The notes under the pieces were generated by a model. The model was not told the DNA's origin and ran no database searches. It worked only from the letters and a program-made list of their open reading frames with translations. This document shows positions 46,835 through 59,681 of a DNA stretch of 64,000 nucleotides, in pieces. Made by a program: the position numbers and the translations under genes. The stretch is from the human T2T-CHM13v2.0 reference genome, Homo sapiens: NCBI RefSeq assembly GCF_009914755.1, contig NC_060925.1; one strand, 5' to 3'. Position 1 is the stretch's first letter. Each line of letters opens with the position of its first letter.

Positions 46835-47065
46835 AATTTGAGTGCTTACTATGGATCCAGTTGCTGACATGCAATAACCCATTTAACTCTTTTAACAACA
46901 ACATGAAATGAGTTCCAGCATTACCCTGTATTACAGATGAGGAAAAAGACAAGTTGCATAACTTACTGTAGGTCATCCAGGCTAATGTGTAACAGAAACA
47001 AATCTGTAATATGAAACCAAGTCTCTGTGACCTCAGAGCCAAGCCTTCAATCTTTATGCTAATGA
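46835..47065 (-). mobile_element. MIR
   Basis: gagtgcttactatg..ttacagatgaggaaa..aggtcatccaggctaa..aaccaagtct. Confidence 0.8.
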
Positions 47066-47855
47066 TTTTCCTTCTAAGGAGTTCCCACTAAGATCACCAA
47101 TCATAGACTTTAAGATAATGAAGCATCAATATGCAGAGAGTATGCTGCCAGTCATTGATGAGGTAATTATTTTAGCCTAGATAGCACAGCACTATACTAG
47201 CATAACAAGTGTGAAGGCCATAAATAGTTTTCTGCTATAAAAGCCCAAGAGACTATCTACTGAGTTACCAGTCTGAAAGGACTCATCAAGTTATGTTTAG
47301 GCTATGTTAAAGTGATGGACTAAAGACAAATGATGCAACAAAAAATTAGTTTAATAGATCATGGTTAATTAGATCTTTCACAAAAATGTCTAGTACTTTT
47401 CATGATCTGCCTCTATTTCAAAGAGCAAAAGTCTAGTTAAAATAAAAGTACGAACCTAGATTTCTCTTCCTGGAGTTAAAATTAAATTTCAACAAGATTC
47501 ATGTTCTCAGGACTATTATTTTTCATTTGTTCATCACTAGATCACAAGTAAAAATGATTAACAGAAGCAAAGTTGTAAAATGATATAATCCTTCCAGAAA
47601 CTTGGAATAACTTGGCAAAATTCAAAAGCTTTACAAATCATACTGTGCTTACTTACTACATACTTTGAGAAATCTACCTCTCCTTCAAAAAAAGTAAAAT
47701 ATAAAATACAAACAAAAATTTTATTGATCTAAAGGAGATCATCATACCAATATCTGTATCATTGAAAACAGACCAAATGTGCAATATTAGAGGAATGGCT
47801 AAGTTAGTTATATAGCCAAATAATTTAATATGATGTAGTCATTTATAATTTGTCT

Positions 47856-48174
47856 TCTTTTCAGCTTTATTGAGATTTAATTGACCAATAATTATGGTAT
47901 ATATGTGAGAGGTACAGCTTGATGTTTTGATATATATGTATTAAATGTGTGTGTATGTGTGTGTGTGTGCGTGTATATATATAATATATATTGCGAAATA
48001 ATTACCTCAACCAAGTTGAGGTATTAGACATTACCTATCTCTCTCTCTATATATATTTATATATATATATGCACACACATTGTGAAATAATTACCTCAGT
48101 CAAGTTAATTAACACTTTTATCACCTCATATAGTTATCATTTTCTCTTTTTTTGGTGAGAACATTTAAGATCTA
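47856..48174 (-). mobile_element. L1MA-type 3' end with internal duplication and (TG)/(TA) microsatellites
   Basis: cagctttattgag..ggtacagcttgatgttttgatata..ggtgagaacatttaagatcta. Confidence 0.8.
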
Positions 48175-48409
48175 GGAAATCTTTATTCTTTATATGTAGG
48201 TAACAAAAAAGTGTATATACACATATGTGTGTATACACACATAACTACAAAATGTGTACAAAGACTAGAGAGTACAGCATTTTAATCATTAATATATAAT
48301 TGAAAGTTTATATTATGTAAATTCTCCTTAAAACTCTCCTTTCCTTTTATTTTTAACAAGTATACTAGACATATCTATAATTTCTTCTCCTAAACATTCA
48401 TTTCTAAAA

Positions 48410-48930
48410 TCTGCTATAACCACAGGTCCTAAAAGGACAGGCTTTATGACCTTGTCAACCACCTCCTTTTGTCCAACTATGGAAAATTCTCTGGCCCAAA
48501 GCCAGATTTACCATGGCAGGCCAGTGGTAAATCTGAGTCTTTCAAGAATTGAGCTGAGACAAAGAAATTTTAATCAATTACTAACAGGAATACATGCTGA
48601 GCAGTAATAACTTAGAGTTGTTACTGGTGGTTCCAATGAATATCATATAAATGAATAAGAAGATGGTGGGACAGAGAGAAAAACGGGGTTGCTAAGCAGA
48701 AGTTAGAAAACTAGAAAAAAGATTTTAGAGTCCACAGGGCTCCTAGGAATCACAGAGAGTGGTTTCAGTTCTTGATATCCCAAATCCAGTCCTCATGAGA
48801 ACCAACATTACTTATTCCCATTCTTTGGAACACTGAGACATCTGTGGCTTTGTAATAAACAACTCTTCTTCAGTTGGCATAGTTTACATAGGTTTTGGTA
48901 CCTTAAAACAAAAATAATTTGACAGAAAAA
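48410..48930 (+). mobile_element. Old MLT1-type LTR remnant
   Basis: 3' end aataaa..tagtttacataggttttggtaccttaaaacaaaa. Confidence 0.45.
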
Positions 48931-49119
48931 AACATATTACAGCACCTTAATATAAACACCCCTTCATATAAAAACAAGGAATTAGGATAACCAGCCAGCA
49001 AAGTAGAAGCCTCAATTTCTACTTTGAGTCCTGATGTTAATGTGTTTTCTTTTATATAACTAGTTGAAGTTTCATTTAAAGGTAGAAGAATGAGTCAGAG
49101 TGATTTGCATGTTAATCAT

Positions 49120-49536
49120 TATATACTGGAGTAGGGGAACTCAGAAAGATTCCAAACATGAGAAGGATTCAATACACTGAAGCTGGCTCTGTGCTGTAGG
49201 TGTCCACATGCAATAACTGGGGAAGAAACATTCCCCTAGGAGTTAAGGATAACCACCAGCTGACAGCAAGTATAGGAATAAAGACATCAGTTCTACAACT
49301 GTAAGGAACTAGATTCTGCTGACAACCTGAATAAGCTTGGGGGTGGTTTCTTCCTAGAGTTTCCCCTAACTGCCCAGCCAGCCAATACGTTGATTCTGGC
49401 CTTGTGAAATCCAGAGCAGAGAAACCAGCTGAGCCATTCTTGACATCTGACCTATAGAATTGTGAAATAATAAATTTGTATTGTTTTAAGCTACTAAATT
49501 TGTGATAACTTGTTCTAGTAGCAATAGAAAACTAAT
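49120..49536 (+). mobile_element. MLT1E-type LTR
   Basis: cagctgacagcaag..aaggaactagattctgc..ttttaagctactaaatttgtg..gcaatagaaaactaat. Confidence 0.8.
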
Positions 49537-50214
49537 GTCTTTATTTTATTTTATTATTATACTTTAAGTTTTAGGGTACATGTGCACAACGTGCAGGTTA
49601 GTTACATATGTATACATGTGCCATGCTGGTGTGCTGCACCCATTAACTCGTCATTTAGCATTAGGTATATCTCCTAAAGCTATCCCTCCCCCCTCCCTCC
49701 ACCCCACAACAGTCCCCAGAGTGTGATGTTCCCCTTCCTGTGTCCATGTGTTCTCATTGTTCAATTCCCACCTATGAGTGAGAATATGCGGTGTTTGGTT
49801 TTTTGTTCTTGCGATAGTTTACTGAGAATGATGATTTCCAATTTCATCCATGTCCCTACAAAGGACACGAACTCATCATTTTTTATGGCTGCATAGTATT
49901 CCATGGTGTATATGTGCCACATTTTCTTAATCCAGTCTATGTTGGACATTTGGGTTGGTTCCAAGTCTTTGCTATTGTGAATAGTGCCGCAATAAACATA
50001 CGTGTGCATGTGTCTTTATAGCAGCATGATTTATAGTCCTTTGGGTATATACCCAGTAATGGCATGGCTGGGTCAAATGGTATTTCTAGTTCTAGATCCC
50101 TGAGGAATCATCACACTGACTTCCACAATGGTTGAACTAGTGTACAGTCCCACCAACAGTGTAAAAGTGTTCCTATTTCTCCACATCCTCTCCAGCACCT
50201 GTTGTTTCCTGACT
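49537..50214 (-). mobile_element. L1PA3-like 3' end (inverted segment of a composite insertion)
   Basis: Low-divergence antisense L1 3' UTR and ORF2 end (KHRIFSLIGGN); no TSD of its own. Confidence 0.95.
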
Positions 50215-50585
50215 AAAAAAGGAAAGCTGCCCCCACCCCCCAAAAAAGAAATAAATAACACTGGTAAAGGTAACTACATGGATAAATATAAAAACAATGT
50301 AATTATATTTTTATTTGCAACTTTTTATACTATCTAATTTTAAAGACTATTGCATGAAGCTGTAATTACAAATCTGTGTTGATGGGTATACTATGTATAA
50401 AGATGTAATCTTGATGACAATAACAGCATTGAAGAGGGGAAGGAAATGGAGTTATGTCAGAGTAAAATTTGTGTACACTCTTATAATTAAGGTTGGAAAT
50501 AGAGTGGTGAGATGTTCTTTGTGATCCCTAGTTTAAAGTAACTTTAAAAACTAGTAAAATAAATGACAATAGAATTAAAAAAAAA
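50215..50585 (+). mobile_element. L1M-derived segment with AATAAA and A tail; probable 3' transduction
   Basis: ggtaaaggtaactacat..gatgtaatc is L1M ORF1-end/inter-ORF-like; AATAAA at 50558-50563, A9 at 50577-50585, then agaaaactaat. Confidence 0.7.
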
Positions 50586-50599
50586 GAAAACTAATAAGT

Positions 50600-50960
50600 C
50601 ATCTTAGACCATTCATCGCCAGCTGAACTTTCAGTTGACTGCAGCCTTTGAATATAAGGATCCAAACTATGCCTAGCTTAATTGATGATCCACAGAACTA
50701 TTTGATATTTTCAGCTGCCAAGATTCTATGTGGTTTGTTAGGCAGCAATAAATAATTGATACAGACATAGGTACTGATAATTTGAGTTTGCAGTATTAAA
50801 ATTGTAGAGCAAATGACATTGACTTTGGAATTGAGTTAAGGGTGGAGCCCTGAAAAGTAGAGATAAAACTATGGGTGAATGTTGAAAAATGGTAAGAAAA
50901 TTGTTATAGGATTCTAGAAGTGGAAATCATATGCCTACTTGATATATCCTGGTGAAAATA
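50600..50960 (+). mobile_element. MLT1 LTR 3' part plus MaLR internal start
   Basis: gtggtttgttaggcagcaataaataattgataca|gacataggtac..gactttggaattgag. Confidence 0.6.
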
Positions 50961-52665
50961 TGTATAGTGAGAAGAGTACAATCAGATCCCGGGAAAACAT
51001 TTTAAGGTGTGCATACAGAAAGAATCTATGAGTAAAGGATATTGACAGATAATGTTTGAGGAAGTAGATACGTAACCAGGAAAGAGTGATTTAAGCAAAT
51101 CAAGTAGGGGCCAGAAATTTGTTTGTGAGAAATTTGACAATATGTACTCCAGGCTTTAAAAATATGTGTAACTTTACAGTGGAATTCTACCAGATGTATA
51201 AAGAAAAGTGGTTCTACTCCTACTGAAACTATTTCAAAAAATTGAAGAGAAAGGGCTTCTCCCTAACTTGTTCTATGAGGCCAGCGTCATTGTAATACCA
51301 AAACCTGGTGCAGACACAACAAAAAGTAAAACTTCAGGCTAATACCCTTGATGAACACAACTGCAAAAATCCTCAACAAAATACTAGCAAGCCAAATCCA
51401 GCAGCAAATCAAAAAGCTAATCCACCATGATCAAATAGGTTTTATCTCTGGGATGCAAGGTTAGTTCAACATAAGTAAATCAATAAATGTGATTCATCAC
51501 ATAGAACTAAAAAAAAACCCCACATAATCATCTCATTAGATGCAGAAAAGGCTTTCAATAAAATTCAACATCCCTTCATGTTAAAAACCCTCAACAAACT
51601 AAGCACTGAAGGAACATACCTCAAAGTAATAAGAGTCATCTCTGACAAACCCACAACCATACTGAATGGGTAAAAGCTAGAAGCATTCCCCTTGAGACCT
51701 GGAACAAGGCAAGGATGTCCACCCCCACCACTCCTATTCAACCTAATTCTGGAAGTCCTAGCCAGACAATCAGCCAAAAGAAAAAAAAAATAAGAGGAAT
51801 CCAAACAGGAGGAGAATAAGTCAAACTATCTCTGCAGATCATACAATTCTATGAGAATTTGGTAAGATTCTATATTATAGTCTCTGTCCAAAAGCTCCTA
51901 GATATGATAAACAACTTCAACAAAGTTTGAAGATATAAAATTAATGTACAAAAGTCAGTAACATTCCTACACACCAACAACATCCAAACTGAAAGCCAAA
52001 TCAAGAACACGATCCCCTCACAATAGCCACAAAAAGAATAAAATACCTAATAATACAGCCAACCAGGGAGGTGAAAGATATCTACAAGGATAATTACAAA
52101 CCACTGCCCAAATAAATCAGAAATAACCCAAACAAATGAAAAAACATTCCATGCTCATAGATATGAAGAATCAATATTGCTTAAATGGCCATACTTCACA
52201 AAGCAATCTACAGAATCAATGCTATTCCTATCAAACTACCAATGACATTCTGCACAGAATTAGAAAAAAAGTATTTAAAAATGTACATGAAACCAAAAAA
52301 GAGCCTAAATAGTCAAGGCAATCATAAGCAAAAAGAACAAAGCTGGAGGCATCATGTCACCCAGCTTTGAACTATACTACAAGGCTACAGTAACCAAAAC
52401 ACCATGGTACTGGTACAAAATCAGACCCATAGACCAATGGAACAGAATAGAGAGCCCACAAATAATGTCACGCACGTACAACCACCTGATCTTCAACAAA
52501 GTTGACAAAAACAAGAAATTAGAAAAGGACCCCCTATTCAATAAATGATGCTAGGATAACTGGCTAGCCATATGCAGAAGGTTGAAACTGGACCCGTTTA
52601 TTACACCATGTACAAAAAAAACCCCTCCATATGGATTAAAGACTTAAATGTAAAACCTAAAACTA

Positions 52666-53205
<540 letters not shown>

Positions 53206-53480
53206 TTAATATCCAGAATCTTTAAGAAACTTAAACAAATTAACAGGCAAAAAGCAAACAACCTCATTAAAAAGTGAGCAATGACATGAACAGACACTTT
53301 TCAAAAAAAGACATATGCCTGGCCAACAAGCATATGAAAAAATGCTTAACATCATGAATCATTAGAAAAATGGAAATCAAAACCACAAGGAAGTATCATT
53401 TTACACCAGTAAGAATGACTATTACTAAAAAGTCAAAAAATAACAGATGCTGCCAAGGTTGTGGAGAAAAGGGAACTCTT

Positions 53481-53621
53481 TTTTTTTTTTTTTATAGCTT
53501 AAATTTCTGAAAACTTTATTTTCAAAAATAAGCAAGCGTGAGAATGGAACAAAGAACACTATGTTGTTCCATTAAATCTGCAGGACACAAATTCATCTAC
53601 TGTTGACATTTTATGGCATTT
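53481..53621 (-). pseudogene. Short polyadenylated retro-insert (truncated processed pseudogene or orphan transduction; source unknown)
   Basis: T15 at 53479-53493, antisense AATAAA at 53515-53520, non-L1 sequence, TSD actctt at 53475-53480 and 53622-53627. Confidence 0.75.
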
Positions 53622-54445
53622 ACTCTTATACACTGCTGTTAGGAATGTAAATTAATTCAGCCATTCTGGAAAGCCTGTGGTGATTTCTCGAAGAACTCAA
53701 AACTGAATTACCATTCAACCCAGCAATCCCATTACTGAGTACATACCCAAAGGGATATAATCAACTTGTCATAAAGACACATGCATGCATATGTCCATCA
53801 CAGCACTATTCATAATAGCAAAGACACGGAATTAACCTAAATGTCCATCAGTGCTAGACCGGATAAAGAAAATGTGGTACATATACTCCATGGAATATTA
53901 TGCAGACATAAAAAGGAATGAGATCGTTTCCTTTGCAGCAACATGGATGAACTTGGAGGCCATTATCCTAAGTTAACTAATCCAAGAACAGAAAATGAGA
54001 TATCATATGTTCCCATTTATAGGTGGGAGCTAAACATTGAGCACAAAGAAGGGAAGAACAGACATTGGGGCCTACTTGAGAGTGGAGGGTAGGAGGAGAG
54101 GATCAAAAAACTACCTTTGAGGTACTATTCTTATTACCTGTGTGATAAAACAATCCATATACCAAACCCCTGTGACACACAATTTACCTATATAACAAAC
54201 CTGCACATGTACCCATGAACCTAAAATAAACGTTAAAAATAACTATGATAAAAAGCAAATGAAAATATGAGTAACTTTTGACTTACAATTATACTTTTGG
54301 CAAATTATCCTCAGGAAAACCACAGCATTTTTTAAAATAGCCAAATAAAATTTCAAAAACAAACTAAAAATCCAATAATAGAGCTCCTGGTTAAATACCT
54401 AACAGGAGAGCCATTCTGTGAAACTACCACATATTTATGATGGAA

Positions 54446-54938
54446 TTTAGAATATGCTACCTCATATAGCACCTTGGTATTTGAGGGAACAGCAGAAGCA
54501 AGAGAGGCACTTGCACCCCTTCCCCCAATCTGCTCCTCTGCAACAGACTGCAAAACCTACCTGATCTTCCTCCAAAGTGAGTAATAAGGCCCTCATTCCA
54601 AAAGGATCCTCCCTGTACTTGGAGGAAAGAAATGTTCTTAATGTCTGAAGGCACAGAGATGCCAAGAAGAATCTGAACAAACATGTCTTGCTGTTTCCCC
54701 CAGTTTTTTACTAGATTATACCCTTTTGTCCTCCAATCATAGTTCCCCATGACTGACCATAAAATACACAGATTTTTCTTGTTTATTTGGGTCTTCATTC
54801 CAAAAGGCATGAATGTGATTTTAATGTCATGTAAAACTTACATTAAATAAATGTATATGCTTTTCTCTTGTTAATATGCCTAAAGGTCTCAACCATGTAC
54901 CTGGCAATGGGTGAGGAAAAAAGATATTACTTTTCCAA
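54446..54938 (+). mobile_element. MER34/MER39-like ERV1 solo LTR
   Basis: gaagaatctgaacaaaca..gtcatgtaaaacttacattaaataaat..tgcttttctcttgttaat. Confidence 0.65.
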
Positions 54939-55669
54939 ATATGTGTGTGTATGTGTGTGTATTCTGTGTGTGTGAATGTGTACCAGAAACAAATTGAAAA
55001 TATATACAGTAAAATGGTAATGGTAATCATCTGAATAGTAGGATGATTGTTGATTTTTACATTCTTCTTTATGTAAGTATTTTTCAAATTTTTCTGTTAC
55101 AAATATATATAAGCCACGAAGACATCTTCCTCCAAAAAGAGTGCTCAGAAATAACAAATAATATGGGGAATAAATAAAAAGAAAAAAGAAGTGTTCACTT
55201 TATTCACAACTTTAAAAAAACCATTTCATTTTGAATTTGAGAGAATTACAGAGTTGACTAATGAGAGTACCCGTTTCACAGGGAATGTCATAAAGACTTA
55301 AAAAAAATGGGCAGAAAGCTTGATAGTGCCTGATACATAGTAACACAGTAGGCACCCAATCAATGAGCACCAGTTGAACATTTTAGGCGAGGATGACAAT
55401 ATCCACATTCTAGTGGGCAGGCTTTGGATTCCAGTTGCCTTCAGCATATCCTTCAGCCTCTCTCAGTCTCAGTTTTCACATCTATAAATTAGGAATAGGA
55501 AATATCTACATGTATTTTGTCAGACACTTAAGAATTAAATTTTATAATGTATACAAAGACCAATCCCTAAGGCTTGGCTTAGAAATATTTCTGGATGACT
55601 AAATAAATTCTTGGAGAGAGCAAACCTGTACAGCCCTGACAAAAAGGGTGGTTGGGAGGTGAAGACATG

Positions 55670-55980
55670 AGTGTAGCTGGGGTACACAGAACTAAGGGAG
55701 ATATTTTCAATACAGGAGAAATTGAATACATGCATTTATTTTTTGAAGAGAAGGAGACAGCAAAGAGCGAGAAAATGAAGCCAAGAAAAAATAATGGTAA
55801 TCTGTGAAACAATATCCTTGATGAAATGGGAGTGGATGGAATTTAAAGCATAAGAAAGGTATTTACCTAAGTCATCTTTCCCTGTGAGACAGGTGGTAAG
55901 GATGGGTATCAATATGGAAGACCCAAATATTTGGGAAAAGATTTTCATGGAGTATCTCATCTTGAGTAAGCTTCCACCTA
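55670..55980 (-). mobile_element. L2 body fragment
   Basis: Purine-rich antisense L2-like sequence (gggagtggatggaatttaaagca). Confidence 0.4.
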
Positions 55981-56787
55981 AAACTCGAAGAATATTCATT
56001 TTTGACCCACACATTTATAAGTATCTGCTATCATTATTGTTGTCATTTCCTGTTATCCATGGTATATTAGAAAAGCATCCACACCCTTTTAGAAAGCATC
56101 TTTCTAAAAGGAAACTTAGAAAGATACTTCATTAAGTAAAAAAAAAAAAAAAAAAAAAAAGGAAAGAAAGAAAGAAGGTCTTTACTTGAGTAGTGCCTTA
56201 TCCAAACACCTTACCCCAAAGTTATTTATATGTTCCAGCTACCTTCACAAAATTAAGCCTCAGTAATTTGAACTCCCACTTCATATAAATACTGGTTAAC
56301 ACAAGGTATGTGCTTGTTCCCTGAATACTTTGAGTTAACATTTTGAACACGAATTTTTTTAACTTCCTTAAAAGAAACATTTTAAAGGTGTTTTGGCAGG
56401 TGCTTTGGCTAGCCTCACTGAATCTATTCATTAATACAAGACAGCATTTTCCACTGGTTGCAGACAAAACTGAAGGTAAAACTTACTGGGTAAACATTCC
56501 TGTTTACTTGTTATGGTAAACTGTTTTATTTATGGTTCAACTAGTTCACTATACACAATAGCTTTGTGTGATAAATTAATAAATAACACATAAGAGCCAG
56601 GATAGATGGAAGGTACTAAGTTAATGACAATATAACACTGTGAATTCTTAAAGTGAATTATAATCTAAGTATCTAGTAGCAATTATCATTTTCATCACAA
56701 TCATCACTTTACTTTTATGTAGAATATAAGTTTCTTCTAGAAAATGCATATGAACATATTTCATATTTAGTAACTTTGGTATGCCCC

Positions 56788-57054
56788 CTATATATCAAGG
56801 TTCTCCAGAGAAGGAGAACCAATAAGATATGTATATGTTTGTGTGTGTGTGAGAGTGTGTGCGTGGTGTGTGTGTGTTGTAGATCAACATTCTGTTCAGG
56901 CCTTCAACTGATTGAATAAGGCCCATGTACATTACAAAGGGCAATCTGCTTTACTCAAAATCCACAGATTTAAACGTTGCTATTATGCAGAAACACTCTC
57001 ACAAAAGCATCTGGAATAAGGTTTGATCATATATTTAGGCTATGTGGCCCAGCC
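56788..57054 (-). mobile_element. MLT2-type LTR (internally deleted, with TG repeat)
   Basis: ggttctccagaga..aggccttcaactgattg..gggcaatctgctttactcaa. Confidence 0.8.
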
Positions 57055-57784
57055 TCTACAACCCTCCTTAAATGTAACCAATTTTAGTGCAACTTCAAAA
57101 TTTGAAGTAGAATTATATCCACATATGAGAAAGAGCTGAGTGAAATAAGTCACTACCAGAAAAAAACAAGCAAAAACAATTGTCAAGTACCCATCCCTGT
57201 TTCAATCACTTCTGCTATGCCGAACAGATAAATCATGTGCAAGCCATGCTGCCCTGTCTGCCATTGATCTCAGCTTCAATCTCCAATGCCCACTCCTACT
57301 AGGAAAAGACACACAATATTAGTTCACCATCAGCCCTCAAAAATGCAGCAGATAGTATTCTATCATACATTTCTTCCGTCTTCTCCCCTCCCCTATTCTC
57401 TCCTTTCCTCTCCTCCTCTCCCTTCTTCTCATTTGTGGTCTCCAAACTCAGTTAGCCTATGCCTGAGAGTGAAAAACCTTTGAATTGCTTGCCACCACTG
57501 GCTTTGGTGACAAATATTTGACATATAATGCCTTACACAGTTGGGAGTAGGGTAAAGACAACTAGCCTAGTCTGGCAAGGCAATAATAGTACCAAATTCA
57601 TGACAATTCCTAGAGAGGAGAATTCAGACAGTAAAATTTATATTTTTTACTCAATGAACAAGTGCATTAACACACGTTAATTTTATAATTTCTAAAAATA
57701 TTTAATTAAAAAATTAGGCCACCTAATTAGAGTAATTCAAATGAACAGGATATATACCTTGCATTTTTATTACATACATTTTAT

Positions 57785-59565
57785 ATACAGTATTAGCAAT
57801 GGCTTAAACAAGGCAGACATTTATTCTCACGAGTTAAAGGCCCAAGGTAATATGGTAGCTGTGCTATACAAAGTAATCAGTCAGCCTTCTTTTACCTAGT
57901 GTTTTGCTCATCTCGATTCTTAAATGGCTTACCACCACCTATCCAAATTCTAGCTAATAGTAAAAGGGTAAAAGAGGAAGAAGCAGCATTTTCCTTTCCT
58001 TTAAGGTATTACATACAAGTGGCAGAGATTATGTCTTCTGACATCCTGTTGTCCAGTACACAAATTCACTTAGCTTGAAGGGAAACTACAAACCCTCTTC
58101 TTTAGTCCAGATGGCCTTGTGAGGAACTATGTGAAAAATGGAGAAAAGAGAAGATGGGACATACATATGCAGCAGTATTGACCACATATCTAAACCTTAG
58201 TTTAATAATTATGTAGATATATACATGTATGTATGTGTATGTGTGAATGTATACGTATATAAATATTTAGAGGAAGAAGTAGGTAATGTTATCAGTTAAA
58301 ATTAATTAAAATTATGGCCATCCATCTGTTAATATGGTGATGGTGATTTAATTTAACTCTGTGAATAAAGCATTCTGGATTCATTTTGATTATGACAATT
58401 TGCAAGCACTAGAAAATTTCTCTTTGGATACAAAATAAACTGTGATTTATTCATTAGTTACATGAATAAAAAATCTCTTCATAGATAAGTATCAGTTCTT
58501 GCCACAATCGTTCTTGTAACAAACCACCCTGCAACTGAGAGGCAAAAAATAACTACCATTGATTCTCCCTCATAAATGTGTGTGCTTACTAGAGGCTGGC
58601 TGATTTAGGCTGAGCTTGGCTCCAAATTACAGGTTAGATCCAAGTTCTCTTGGTTTGTTTTTCTTGGACGAATGGGACTAATGGGCTACCCAGGACATGT
58701 TTTGCACATGAAAATAATAAGCCCGAGGGTAGGCTCAACTGCTACATTATTTTCAGGCTTTTACTTGTGTCATGTTTGCTAATAGTCCATAGGCCATTGC
58801 AAGGCGTACGTCCAAGTCCAAAATTAAGAGCTGAAATACCTCCTCTACCTTGACACATGACAAAGGTGTAGACATATGTTACTATTATAAGGAAGTAAAA
58901 ACTGGGACAAGTCAGTCAATTGACTATAAGATCTTATTGAATCATTTCAATGTGAATGTAATTTCACTTTGCATATTAGACTTAGTACTGTAAATTAAGT
59001 AATTTATTTGATACTTATTTGGCTACTATGGTATCAAGGCACAGATATCTTTTCCAAAATTTTTGAGATATGTCCAGCTCTATAGAAGTCAGTCTGGTGA
59101 AAGATTATGACAAAGTAAAAAGCAATCTTAGTACATTGTGGTAAACTCAGTGATAAAGCTATGGAGATAACAATTACAAAGATATGAAAGAGGCATCTAT
59201 TCCAGCCTAGAAAAAAAGAAAGAAAATCCAGAAGGTTTTCTGAAAGATATGTTTTTAAAATGTCTGTAATTTTTGCTGGGATGGGTCGGCTCCATACATT
59301 TCTCATTCTTCTTCTGGAGCCAATAGCTGGCCAGGATTATTATTCTCATGGTGATGGCAAAGAGCTGGAGGGTAAGGCTGAATTCACAAAAACACATTGT
59401 GTCTTATCTTCTAAAATCTTACTAGCTAAAGCAAGTCACATGATTGAACTCAACATCAAAGGGTAATGAAGGAAGAGTATTTTTGTGTGTGTATGGGTGG
59501 AATTAAAAGGTTACATGGCAAATGATTTCAGAGAGGGGTTAAAGCAAATAATTCAATCTACCACA
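57785..59565 (-). mobile_element. Three old MLT1 (I/J/K-type) LTR remnants (~57785-58190, ~58488-58930, ~59260-59565)
   Basis: gtaacaaaccaccc, ggctaaagcaagtcacatg-like and caatctaccaca MLT1 motifs. Confidence 0.55.
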
Positions 59566-59681
59566 CAAGTGAAAAAATCACCAAAAACCTAATTTTCTAT
59601 AAATATTGCTCTATTTATTTACATTTCCAGTATATATGCATATGTATATACATATATGTATATGTGTGTGTCATGTATACA

